A stretch of DNA of 64,000 nt from Longimicrobiales bacterium (GTDB lineage Bacteria > Gemmatimonadota > Gemmatimonadetes > Longimicrobiales > Gaopeijiaceae), in the NCBI GenBank assembly GCA_965226375.1, contig CBDDCX010000007.1, positions 128,001 through 192,000 on the forward strand. Direction: 5' to 3'. Below are positions 1 through 10,867 of the stretch, piece by piece. The notes under the pieces are model-generated. The model worked only from the letters and a program-made list of their open reading frames with translations. It was not told the DNA's origin and did no database searches. Each line of letters opens with the position of its first letter. Within the stretch, counting starts at the first letter, position 1. The position numbers and the translations under genes are program-made.

Positions 1-1
1 G

Positions 2-112
2 GTGATGGGCGGTGTCGCGGTGCTGCTGAGCGTCGTGGCGTTCGCAGCCGGCTACCTGCCGGCGTACCGAGCCTCGAGGATCGATCCGATGGTGGCTCTG
101 CGGTACGAGTAA
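2..112 (+). CDS. C-terminal end (partial) of ABC/MacB-FtsX (ADOP-type) permease
   Basis: Manual translation: VMGGVAVLLSVVAFAAGYLPAYRASRIDPMVALRYE*, matching the PAxRAxRxDPxxALRxE tail. Confidence 0.85.
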   Translation: MMGGVAVLLSVVAFAAGYLPAYRASRIDPMVALRYE

Positions 113-327
113 GGCGTACCACACTCCATCGGATCGACCACCCTAGCCCAGGCTGTGGTCGCTGATTAAAATCGCCGTCTGTGGTTCGATCCGGGCAGTT
201 ACTCGTACAGAGTGACGAGCCGGTCAGCGTCACTGAACGGCGTCGATCTTGTGAGATGCCGCGGTGCCGGACCATGTTGCTCGGCACAGGTCCCGCCTGA
301 TGCATCCCACACGCAAAGACGACATCA

Positions 328-1731
328 ATGGACATCTCGCGCATCTCCGATTCCCGCATGTCGATCATGGGCCTTGTCCGGTCGTCGGCCGTTCTGGGAT
401 CGATTCTACTTCTCGGACCCAGCGCTCTCGGAGCCCAGGCCCGCGACTACGACTCCGCCCGCCCGTTCGGCACGCTCCGGGAGCAGGCCAGGGTCCAGCA
501 GACCTGGCTCGAGGACCGTCTCGAGACCAACCTGCCACTCCTCATGCGGAAACACGGCGTGGATATGTGGGTCGTGACCATGCGGGAGTACAACGAGGAC
601 CCGGTATTCAAGGCACTCGTCTCGGCGACGACCTTCGCTGCTCGGCGTCGCACGATCTACATGTTCTACGACCGCGGTCCCGAACAGGGGGTCGAGCGCC
701 TGGCGTTGGGCGGGAACTCGCAGGGTGGCGTGTACGAGGCGGTGCGGGCGACTGCGCTGTCTTCAGACGGTCGCGCGGCCGAACTGTGGGGCAGCGATCA
801 GTGGGACCTGTTCGCGCGAATGGTGCGCGAGCGTGATCCCGAGCGGATCGCCGTGAACATCTCGCACGATATCAACTTTTCCGACGGGCTGACTGCAGGA
901 GAGTGGGAGCAGATGGAAGAGGCACTGGGCGACCTGGCCGGGCGCGTGGTCCGCGAGCCTCTTCTGGCTGTGGACTATCTTGCCATGCGCGTTGCCGGCA
1001 TGACCCCCACCTACCGCCACATGCAGGCCATCGTGCACGAGATCATCGGCACGGCCTTCTCGGACGTGATCATCGAACCGGGCAAGACCACCACGGAAGA
1101 CGTGGTGTGGTGGATGCGGCAACGGGTCCACGATCTAGGTCTGGGTTCCTGGTTCCAGCCCTCCGTGGGCATCCAGCGCTGGGGCGTGGAGATGGGCGAC
1201 TCCATCGCGCCTGTGATCCTCAGGGGCGATGTCCTTCACTGCGACTTCGGCATCGTCAACATGGGCATGACGACGGACACGCAGCACATGGCGTACGTGC
1301 TCCTGGAGGGGGAGACATATGCGCCCGCGGGTCTGCAGAAGGCGCTCGCCAACGCCAACCGTCTCCAGGACATCCTCCTCGAGGAGACTAAGGTGGGTCG
1401 GTCGGGCAATGAGATCCTCGCCTCGGTCCTGAACGTGATGCGTATCGAGGATCTGGATGGGACCATGTATACACATCCCATCGGAGACCACGGCCACGGC
1501 GCCGGTCCCTTGATCGGTCTGTGGGACTATCAGGACGGTGTTCCGGGTCGGGGCGATCCGTTCGTGATCCCGAGCATGTGGTTTTCCACCGAGCTACAGG
1601 TCACGACTCCGGTGCCCGAGTGGGACGGTCAACGCGTGCGTATGGCCCTGGAAGAGGAGGCCGAGATCACGGCTGAAGGTGAGATGCGATGGGTGCTGAG
1701 GCGGCAAACGGAATTGCACTTGGTGCACTAG
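328..1731 (+). CDS. M24 family metallopeptidase (Xaa-Pro aminopeptidase-like), probably exported; true start may be 358 or 367
   Basis: Signal-peptide-like N-terminus; HCDFG, TDTQH, HPIGDHGHG and STE/EEE metal-ligand motifs. Confidence 0.85.
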   Translation: MDISRISDSRMSIMGLVRSSAVLGSILLLGPSALGAQARDYDSARPFGTLREQARVQQTWLEDRLETNLPLLMRKHGVDMWVVTMREYNEDPVFKALVSATTFAARRRTIYMFYDRGPEQGVERLALGGNSQGGVYEAVRATALSSDGRAAELWGSDQWDLFARMVRERDPERIAVNISHDINFSDGLTAGEWEQMEEALGDLAGRVVREPLLAVDYLAMRVAGMTPTYRHMQAIVHEIIGTAFSDVIIEPGKTTTEDVVWWMRQRVHDLGLGSWFQPSVGIQRWGVEMGDSIAPVILRGDVLHCDFGIVNMGMTTDTQHMAYVLLEGETYAPAGLQKALANANRLQDILLEETKVGRSGNEILASVLNVMRIEDLDGTMYTHPIGDHGHGAGPLIGLWDYQDGVPGRGDPFVIPSMWFSTELQVTTPVPEWDGQRVRMALEEEAEITAEGEMRWVLRRQTELHLVH

Positions 1732-1744
1732 TGCACGGATGAGC

Positions 1745-1966
1745 CTAGCCTTCGTCCTCGACCCGCACCTCGTCGCACTTGCAGCGGCCGCACCAACATC
1801 CGCAGTGGCCACACCCGCACCGGCAGCGGATTCGTCCACCGAAGAGCCACCAGAGGGCGAGTACGAAGAGGAGTAGTTGTAGACCTCCACCGCTGGCCAG
1901 CCCCTGCCAGAAAGCAACGACAACGTTGAAGTAGATGGCTAGCGCCTCGCCGATCAACTCGATCAT
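1745..1966 (-). CDS. Small membrane protein with Cys-rich tail (73 aa)
   Basis: GGAGG RBS 7 nt before ATG; hydrophobic segments followed by CRCGCGHCGCWCGRCKC. Confidence 0.7.
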   Translation of the reverse strand: MIELIGEALAIYFNVVVAFWQGLASGGGLQLLLFVLALWWLFGGRIRCRCGCGHCGCWCGRCKCDEVRVEDEG

Positions 1967-2062
1967 CTTCCGTCCTCCACAGGCCGTTCGACTAAAGTCG
2001 GGTGCACATCATTAGACGCGGAACCCGCTCGGAAGGTTGCGGGGCGGTTGGTTGGCGCAGCG

Positions 2063-2290
2063 TCAGGAGGCCCCATTGTCCTCCGGAGTCTTCGATATCC
2101 ATTTGAAGAGCCTGTACCCGCCGTACCCGACGGCTCCGACCGCCAAGACCGCCGGAATCCACCCCAAGAGGTTCAGGACGATGGACCCGACTATGACGAC
2201 GGCTCCACCTTGGAGCCAGCCCACCCACTGCCCCCGGTTGCGCGCGCGTGTGAGGTCTTTGGCGGTATAGACCTTCTCGGGCAGGTTCAT
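2063..2290 (-). CDS. Small hypothetical membrane protein (MNLPEKVY...)
   Basis: Two Gly-rich hydrophobic segments; GAAGG upstream of ATG at 2290. Confidence 0.65.
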   Translation of the reverse strand: MNLPEKVYTAKDLTRARNRGQWVGWLQGGAVVIVGSIVLNLLGWIPAVLAVGAVGYGGYRLFKWISKTPEDNGAS

Positions 2291-2531
2291 CTTCACCTTC
2301 GTTCGGTAGGTGCTCGGCGAGGCATCCGGAAGGCGAACGCGTCGTCGCAGGTGGCCAACTCGTCGAATCTTACGGTGGATCACGCCCACGTTCAATCACG
2401 AGGCCCCTGCGTAGACGCCTGAGCTTTACGGCTGCACATTAGGCGCGCAGCAGAATGGCGGAGTCGTCAGGTCGGCCGTGTACGGCGCCGGACTCCGACT
2501 ATGCGTGCCCCCCGACCCCCGACCGCCCGAT

Positions 2532-3101
2532 ATGGACAGCATCGACGTCACTCGCCTTCTCGACGCGTATGGAAGCGGCGACAGGGCGGCGCTCGATCAG
2601 CTACTTCCGGTGCTGTATGCGGATCTGCGGGGGATCGCACGTCATCACCTGGCCAATGAGGGTGCCGGGCGTCCGTTCGATACGACCGGGTTGGTCCAGG
2701 AGGCGTACCTACGGCTGGTCGGGGTCAAGTCCACGTCCATTAGCAGTCGATCCCACTTCCTCTCGATCGCGGCGCGCACGATGCGCCGCATTCTTGCCGA
2801 TGAAGCCCGACGTCGGACTGCCCTGAAGAGGGGCGGGAGGCAGGATCCCGTTACGCTCAACTCCGAGGCTCTGGGCGTCGAGGATCGCAGCGAAGACCTG
2901 CTCGCCCTCGACCAGGCCGTCAGGAAGCTCGAGTCGCTCGACGTACGTCAGAGCCGGGTGGTCGAGTGCAAGATCTTCGCCGGGATGACCTACCCGGAAA
3001 TCTCGGAAGCGCTGGAGATCTCGGTGGCCACCGTGAAGCGCGACTGGGAGACAGCGCGTGCATGGCTGAACCGGGAACTGGGCCAGGAGCTGGGCCGATG
3101 A
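2532..3101 (+). CDS. ECF-type sigma-70 factor of the Ser/Thr-kinase-associated type (TIGR02999-like)
   Basis: VTRLL...GDRAALDQLLPVLYADLR, TTGLVQEAYLRL, KRGG, SVATVKRDW..ARAWL. Confidence 0.9.
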   Translation: MDSIDVTRLLDAYGSGDRAALDQLLPVLYADLRGIARHHLANEGAGRPFDTTGLVQEAYLRLVGVKSTSISSRSHFLSIAARTMRRILADEARRRTALKRGGRQDPVTLNSEALGVEDRSEDLLALDQAVRKLESLDVRQSRVVECKIFAGMTYPEISEALEISVATVKRDWETARAWLNRELGQELGR

Positions 3102-3127
3102 GCTGGGCCAGGAGCTGGGCCGATGAG
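3078..3127 (+). repeat. Perfect 25-bp tandem duplication across the sigma-factor stop
   Basis: CTGGGCCAGGAGCTGGGCCGATGAG at 3078-3102 and 3103-3127. Confidence 0.95.
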
Positions 3128-3179
3128 CCGATCGGGTACGGTTCTGCGCCAACCTTGGTAGACGTTGCAAGCACATTGA

Positions 3180-5573
3180 TCAAATGAGGCACTCCAACTG
3201 GAGACGCTGAGGAAGTTCAGGAACTTTGCCACTCCCGAGTATGAAGAGCTCTTCGAGGAGCTCAGCCCCGACGAATTGACGTCGATCATCTCGCGGATTG
3301 ATGCGGCTGTCACCGAGGCCGTTTCCGCTGAAGGCGGGACCATGATGGAGAGCTCGAGGGGACGCCTCGAGGCGGCGTTCGGCGTGCCCGTCACGCACGA
3401 GGATGATGCCCACCGTGCCCTCCGGGCTTCGCTCGAGATCAGGGCCAGGATACTCAGGCTCGGGAGCGAATTGGCGTGGCCGCTGGGCAGGAGCCTGTCG
3501 AGCCGCATAGGGGTGGACACGGGTACGGTGGCCGTGAGGAGGAAGGAAGACGGTGGGTCCGGTTACCAGCTGTCGGGCCGGCCGGTGCGCGCTGCGGAGG
3601 AGTTGGCCCGTCGCGCCGAGGACGACCAGATCATCATCACCGGTGAGTGCCGCCGTCTCGTGGCCACAGGCTTCGAGACGAGCCCGACCTCCGAGATCGA
3701 GATCTCGGGGGTGGAGCATCCGGTCGCGACCCATAGCGTGCTAGGAGAAGGGCCCGCCTCCGCGACCATCGGGGCTCGGGGCCTCACAGAATTCCTCGGG
3801 CGTGAGGAGGAGCTGGAGGCTCTGAAACGACTGGCCGCGAAGGCGACCGCAGGGGACGGGGGATTGGTCAACATCGTCGGTGAGCCCGGGGTCGGTAAGA
3901 GCCGCCTTCTCTACGAATTTTCCGAGGGCCTCGATACCGATCAGGTCAGGGTGTTGAACGGACGCTGCCTCCAGGGAGCACGCGGGGCCTCGTATGCGCC
4001 GATCCTCGAGGTGCTCCGCGAAGCGCTCGTGCCCGACGGCGCGCGAGGAGATGATCTGGACGCTCAGACCGCGGTCGACGGCGTCTTGGAACTGGACCCC
4101 GGGCTCGGTGACACGCTTCCGCTACTCCTGCAAGTACTCTCACTCAGCGACCCCCGCTTTCCGTTCCCCAAACATCTGCAGGGGGATCAGCTACGGGTTG
4201 CCGTCGTAGAGTCGATCGTGGGTGTCCTGTCGGTGTTCGCCAGCCAGAAGCCTCTCGTCATTCTGCTGGAGGATTGGCACTGGGCCGACGAGGCGTCGAC
4301 TGCCGCGCTCTTACAGTTGGCCGGAGTGGCGCAGTCTTTTCCGATTCTCATCACCGTGACCACGCGCCCGGGATACGGGACCGATTTCGGGGCAGTCGAA
4401 GCATCCACGCGCCTGCGGCTCGGGGCCGTTGGTACCGAGACCACTGAGGCTCTGCTGAGCGCAGTCCTCGGGTCGCGCACCGTCCAGCCGGAGCTCGCTC
4501 GCGTGATTGCGGCCACGACGGGCGGAAACCCTTTCTACATCGAAGAGATCGGGGCAGATCTACAGGAACAAGGTGCGGTGTCTGTCGTGGACGACGAGGC
4601 CCGCCTCGCCGACAACGCCGAGGTTCGGCTCCCAGACTCCGTTCAGGCGGTGATACGTGCGCGGCTCGACCGCGTCGACGCCCAGGCCAAGGGTGTGCTC
4701 TTCGTCGCTTCCGTGATCGGGCGGGAGTTCAGCCGCCCTCTGCTTGCGGGCCTGGTCGACGACTCTCTGGTACTCGATCGCGTTCTCAAGGTGCTCAAGG
4801 ATTCGGGCCTGATCCAACAAACGCGCGTGATTCCCGAGCCCGAATACCGCTTCAAGCATGCACTGACGCAGCAGGTCACGTATGAGAGTCTCCTTGCCCA
4901 CCGGCGTCGTGAGCTGCATCGGGAGGTGGGTGAGCGGCTCGAAGCGACCGGTGCCATCCGCGAGGAGGAGCTCGACCTTCTCGCGAATCATTTCGGTGAG
5001 GCGGGACAGTGGGAGAAGGCCGTCGACTACGGATACGAGGCCGCCAAGCGAGCTCTGCTCCTCAGCGAGCAAGAGGACGCGCGGTCGTCGCTGGTTCGGG
5101 TCGAGGCGTGGGCAGACCGTCTCGACCCCTCGCCCGAGCACGATCAGAAGCGCATGGACGTGCTCTTCACGAAGGAACGTCTGCTCGACGCCACTGGCCA
5201 CAGACGGGAACAGCACGCCACCATCGAGCGCCTCCGCCCCATCGTCGAGTCCGCCGGCACTGAGGCGGACCACATCGAGCTGGACCTGCGCCATGGAGAC
5301 TTTCTGGCCGCGGCTCGGCGGTACGAAGAGGCCGAGGTGGTGCATACGAGGGCGCTCGAGCGAAGCCGTGCCGCTGAACTCCCGGATATGCAGCGCAAGG
5401 CTCTGCGGAGCCTCGGCTTGTTGTCGTGGCATCAAAACCGGGGCACCGAGGCGGAGGCCCTCCGGTTCCTGGAAGAGGCGGTTGAGTTGGACCGGCTCAA
5501 CGACGACATAGAGGCGGAACTCGGAACCCTGTACAACATCTCGACGGTGCTCAAAGCCACCGGGGGACCTTGA
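3180..5573 (+). pseudogene. Degenerate class III adenylate/guanylate cyclase + AAA ATPase + TPR protein, truncated at both ends
   Basis: FGVPVTHEDDAHRA / RIGVDTG cyclase remnants; GEPGVGKS Walker A; LLEDWHWAD Walker B; GGNPF; YRFKHAL; the frame is open from 3180 without a good start; it ends mid-TPR. Confidence 0.75.
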
Positions 5574-5703
5574 GCGCCACCTTGCGGTGGTGCTTGACGT
5601 CTTCGGCCAGATAGACCGTTGCCATACCACCCTCTCCGAGTTCTCGCTCGATAGAGTACTTGCCTTCGAGGGCGGCAGTCAGGCGGGGAAGATCGGTGAA
5701 CAT
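5551..5703 (-). pseudogene. N-terminal stub of a Hanks-type Ser/Thr protein kinase (50 aa, not in ORF track)
   Basis: MFTDLPRLTAALEGKYSIERELGEGGMATVYLAEDVKHHRKVALKV then PRWL*; Gly-rich loop and VAxK present, rest missing. Confidence 0.9.
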
Positions 5704-5837
5704 GGCGGACAACATCCGGTGTCGGCCGTGCGATGCGCAAGGAAGGCGCAGTCCCCATTCTGAGACGTGGCGCCATTGTGGCGGAAGGGTACATTATCTG
5801 CCCGCGAAAAACCCTAACACGGACAAGGAGTATTCTC

Positions 5838-6329
5838 ATGAACTCTCCTGCTTTCTTGCAGGGAATCCTAGGACACGAGCGGGGCCTCTTCTGCAACGTC
5901 GTAGGCGCGGTGCCCGAAGACGGACGCCAACATCGAGCCGACCCCAAGGCCCGCAGCGCCGAGGAGCTGATCGGTCACATGATCGGCCACAACCAGGACC
6001 TGATCGAACTGCTCGACGACGGAGTGATCCATCATCGTAACCAGGTGGCGTTCGGTACCATCGACGACGCGGTCGCGACCCTGGACCAGACCTTCGGTGA
6101 GGTGATCGATCGGCTCGGCCAGGTGGACGAAGAGACCTGGATGAGCCCCGCGAAATTCATGGCCGGGGACCACATGGTCATGGAAGCTCCGAGAATGCAG
6201 TTGGCTTGGATGATGCTCCTGGATGCCATTCACCATCGCGGGCAGCTCAGCACCTACTTGCGACCGATGGGCAGCAAGGTACCGGCGATCTACGGTCCGT
6301 CGGCGGACGACGAAGGGCCGGGTCACTGA
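5838..6329 (+). CDS. DinB/YfiT family protein
   Basis: AGGAG RBS before ATG 5838; ELIGH...IHHRGQLSTYLR...VPAIYGPS. Confidence 0.9.
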   Translation: MNSPAFLQGILGHERGLFCNVVGAVPEDGRQHRADPKARSAEELIGHMIGHNQDLIELLDDGVIHHRNQVAFGTIDDAVATLDQTFGEVIDRLGQVDEETWMSPAKFMAGDHMVMEAPRMQLAWMMLLDAIHHRGQLSTYLRPMGSKVPAIYGPSADDEGPGH

Positions 6330-6393
6330 ACCGCAGCAAGCGAATAGATCGGCGCCGCCCGATCGTGGTAGGTACCTGCATCGAGACTACGAG

Positions 6394-7056
6394 ATGACCG
6401 GTCGCACCAGCCACCTGCCGGATGATCTCTATTCGTATCTGCTCGCGCACTCGGTTCGGGAATCGGACGTCATGCGCCGGCTCCGGGAGGAGACGGCACG
6501 GCTCGAGCACTCCGACATGCAGATCGGACCCGAGCAGGGGCGATTCATGGCTCTGCTGGTCGAGCTGATCGGTGCCGAGAACGCCCTGGAGGTGGGCACG
6601 TTCACGGGGTACAGCGCCTTGGCCGTCGCCGACGCACTACCGGAGCATGGCCGTCTGGTGGCGTGTGACGTGAGTGTGGAATGGACCTCGATCGCTCGGC
6701 GCTACTGGGCCGAAGCAGGGGTCGACCACAAGATCGACCTGCGGTTGGCGCCGGCGACCGAGACGCTCGATGCCCTGTTGGCCGACGGAGGCGAGAATCA
6801 ATTCGATTTCGCCTTCGTCGACGCGGACAAGGAAGCCTACGAGGCCTACTATGAGCGCACGCTCAGGCTCGTTCGGCCGGGTGGACTGATCGCGGTCGAC
6901 AACACCCTGTGGGAGGGAAAGGTGGTCGATGCTTCCGTGACCGATGCGGACACGGAGGCGATCCGACGCTTCAACCGCAACCTGATCGGCGACGAGCGAA
7001 TCTCACTCAGCATCGTGCCTATCGGTGACGGGCTGTCCCTCGCCAGGGTCCGGTAG
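6394..7056 (+). CDS. SAM-dependent O-methyltransferase (caffeoyl-CoA/catechol OMT family)
   Basis: LEVGTFTGYSAL, FDFAFVDADK, DNTLWEG, PIGDGL. Confidence 0.92.
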   Translation: MTGRTSHLPDDLYSYLLAHSVRESDVMRRLREETARLEHSDMQIGPEQGRFMALLVELIGAENALEVGTFTGYSALAVADALPEHGRLVACDVSVEWTSIARRYWAEAGVDHKIDLRLAPATETLDALLADGGENQFDFAFVDADKEAYEAYYERTLRLVRPGGLIAVDNTLWEGKVVDASVTDADTEAIRRFNRNLIGDERISLSIVPIGDGLSLARVR

Positions 7057-7132
7057 TGCTTTTCTTCCGTACCCGATGTGGCCCGCGGTTGAGGGTGTTT
7101 CTACAGGGACCTCCAGGCCGGGTCGTGCCCTA

Positions 7133-9394
7133 GTGTCCGATCACTCGTCGCTGGTCGCTGCGGAACTCGGAGCGAGCATCCAGCAGGTCCGGGCGACCTG
7201 GGACCTGCTGGACGGTGGCGCCACGGTCCCCTTCATCGCCCGCTATCGGAAGGAGGCCACGGGCTCTCTGGATGAGGTGGCGGTGGCCGCTGTTCGGGAC
7301 CGTATGTCCCAGCTGGCGGAGCTCGACAGGCGCCGCGACGCGATCATTGCCGCCCTCTCAGAGCGAGACATTCTCGACGACGCGCTCCGACACCGGATTG
7401 TGTCTGCCGAGACCCTGCCGGCGCTGGAAGACGTCTATCTGCCTCACCGTCCGAAGCGGCGCACCCGGGGCACGGTAGCGAGGGAGCGAGGGCTGGAGCC
7501 ATTGGCGGAAGCCCTCCTGGCGCAGAGCGGAGCACCGATCGATGTCAGCTCCTTCGTGGGTCCCGAGCGTGACGTCGAGGACCGGGACGCCGCTCTCGCC
7601 GGAGCCCGGGACATCATCGCCGAAGAGGTCAGCGAGGACCCGGACGTCCGGCGCGATCTACGCCGGCTGTTCGCCGAGCGGGCACTCCTCGTCTCGACCG
7701 TGGTCAAGAAGAAGCAAGCCGAGGCGGCGAAGTTCCGGGACTACTTTGCGTGGTCCGAGCCGCTTGTCCGTGCGCCGTCCCACCGAATTCTCGCCGTGCT
7801 GCGTGGAAGCAACGAGGGCTTTCTGCGGGTGCAGGCGAGGCCCGACCAGGCCGACGCGTTGCTGAGGTTGACGAGGCGATACCTGCGGGGGCACGGTTTC
7901 GCCACGGAGGAGGTGCGCAGCGCACTCGACGACGCGTACAAGCGCCTGCTGCTTCCGAGCCTGGAGCGTGAAGCACTAAAGGAAGCGAAGGTCCGCGCCG
8001 ACGAGGAGGCTATGCGGATCTTCGTCACGAACCTCCGAGAGCTGTTGATGGCAGCGCCGTTTCGGAACAAACGGATGCTCGCCATCGACCCGGGCTTCCG
8101 AACCGGCTGTAAGGTCGTTGCGCTGGACGCCCAGGGAGCCCTACTGCACAACACCACCATCTTCCCGACCCAGGGGAAGGGCGGGCGCGAGGAAGCCGAA
8201 CAGGTCGTCAGGGAACTGGTCGAACGGTTTGCCCCGGAGGCGGTCGCCGTCGGCAACGGCACGGCAGGACGCGAGACCGAGGCGTTCATTCGGGATCTGG
8301 GCCTGAGTGCTCCGGTGATCATGGTGGACGAGGCCGGCGCATCCATCTACAGCGCGAGCGACGTGGCCCGTGAAGAGCTCCCTGATCACGATCTGACCGT
8401 CCGTGGTGCCGTCTCCATCGGCCGTCGACTTCAGGACCCCTTGGCCGAGTTGGTCAAGCTCGACCCCAAGTCCATCGGGGTCGGTCAGTACCAGCACGAC
8501 GTGGATCAAGCGGCCCTCAAATCGGGGCTGGATGACACCGTGATGAGTTGCGTCAACGCCGTGGGCGTGGATCTGAACTCCGCCAGCGCGTCGCTACTCA
8601 CCTACGTTGCAGGGCTGGGGCCTGTCCTGGCCAAGAACGTCGTGGGATGGCGTGAGGAGCACGATGCTTTTCGAACCCGTCGAGACGTGCTGAAGGTGCC
8701 CCGCCTGGGCGGCAAGGCGTTCGAGCAGGCGGCAGGCTTCCTTCGCATTCCCGACGGGTCGCACGCCTTGGATGTGAGTGGCGTGCACCCCGAGCGGTAC
8801 TCCCTGGTGGAACGGATGGCCAAGGACCAGGGATGCTCGGTACGTGACCTGCTCACCGATGCCGATCGACGGGATCGCATCGATCCGGATCGCTACGTCG
8901 GTGAGCACGTGGGCCGTCCCACCCTGGACGACATCCTCGATGAGCTCGCCCGTCCGGGGCGGGACCCCCGCCCTGAATTCGAGGCCTTCGCGTTTGCCGA
9001 CGTCCACGCGATCGGCGACTTGAGGTCGGGCATGCTCCTGCCCGGCATCGTCACCAACGTGACCGCTTTCGGCGCCTTCGTGGACATCGGTGTCCACCAG
9101 GACGGCCTGGTCCACGTGAGCCAGTTGACGGACCACTTCGTGAAGGACCCCAACGAGGTCGTGCGCGTGCGTCAGCAGGTCCAGGTGCGGGTTCTCGACG
9201 TCGATGTCGAGCGGAAGCGAATCGGCCTTTCAATGAAGAGGGGGTACGGGAAAACAGATGTTGCCACTACCTTCTTGCATGGACATCCCCACCTTGAGCC
9301 CTCGGTTCCTGGGGCAACACTAGCTCAACACACCGCGCCAGCTTATCGAGCCGGATACTCCGGCCGGCCTGCTGTGCGCCTATTTACCGGATAA
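7133..9394 (+). CDS. tex: Tex family RNA-binding transcriptional accessory protein (YqgF, HhH and S1 domains)
   Basis: GATVPFIARYRKEATG, IDPGFRTGCK, IGVGQYQHDV, S1 FGAFVDIGVHQDGLVH; GTG start at 7133 inferred. Confidence 0.95.
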   Translation: MSDHSSLVAAELGASIQQVRATWDLLDGGATVPFIARYRKEATGSLDEVAVAAVRDRMSQLAELDRRRDAIIAALSERDILDDALRHRIVSAETLPALEDVYLPHRPKRRTRGTVARERGLEPLAEALLAQSGAPIDVSSFVGPERDVEDRDAALAGARDIIAEEVSEDPDVRRDLRRLFAERALLVSTVVKKKQAEAAKFRDYFAWSEPLVRAPSHRILAVLRGSNEGFLRVQARPDQADALLRLTRRYLRGHGFATEEVRSALDDAYKRLLLPSLEREALKEAKVRADEEAMRIFVTNLRELLMAAPFRNKRMLAIDPGFRTGCKVVALDAQGALLHNTTIFPTQGKGGREEAEQVVRELVERFAPEAVAVGNGTAGRETEAFIRDLGLSAPVIMVDEAGASIYSASDVAREELPDHDLTVRGAVSIGRRLQDPLAELVKLDPKSIGVGQYQHDVDQAALKSGLDDTVMSCVNAVGVDLNSASASLLTYVAGLGPVLAKNVVGWREEHDAFRTRRDVLKVPRLGGKAFEQAAGFLRIPDGSHALDVSGVHPERYSLVERMAKDQGCSVRDLLTDADRRDRIDPDRYVGEHVGRPTLDDILDELARPGRDPRPEFEAFAFADVHAIGDLRSGMLLPGIVTNVTAFGAFVDIGVHQDGLVHVSQLTDHFVKDPNEVVRVRQQVQVRVLDVDVERKRIGLSMKRGYGKTDVATTFLHGHPHLEPSVPGATLAQHTAPAYRAGYSGRPAVRLFTG

Positions 9395-9400
9395 TATCTC

Positions 9401-10825
<1,425 letters not shown>

Positions 10826-10867
10826 GGAACCGGAGGGTCGTGGTGAAAGAAGCGGGGCCTTGTGGGA

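Noticed and set aside
1723..1736. Perfect palindrome GTGCACTAGTGCAC at the M24 stop
   Set aside because: Single occurrence with no U-tract or second copy; could be chance
3180..5573. Avs/STAND anti-phage system
   Set aside because: The architecture is the common cyclase-AAA-TPR signalling type, is truncated, and has no effector nuclease or defence neighbours
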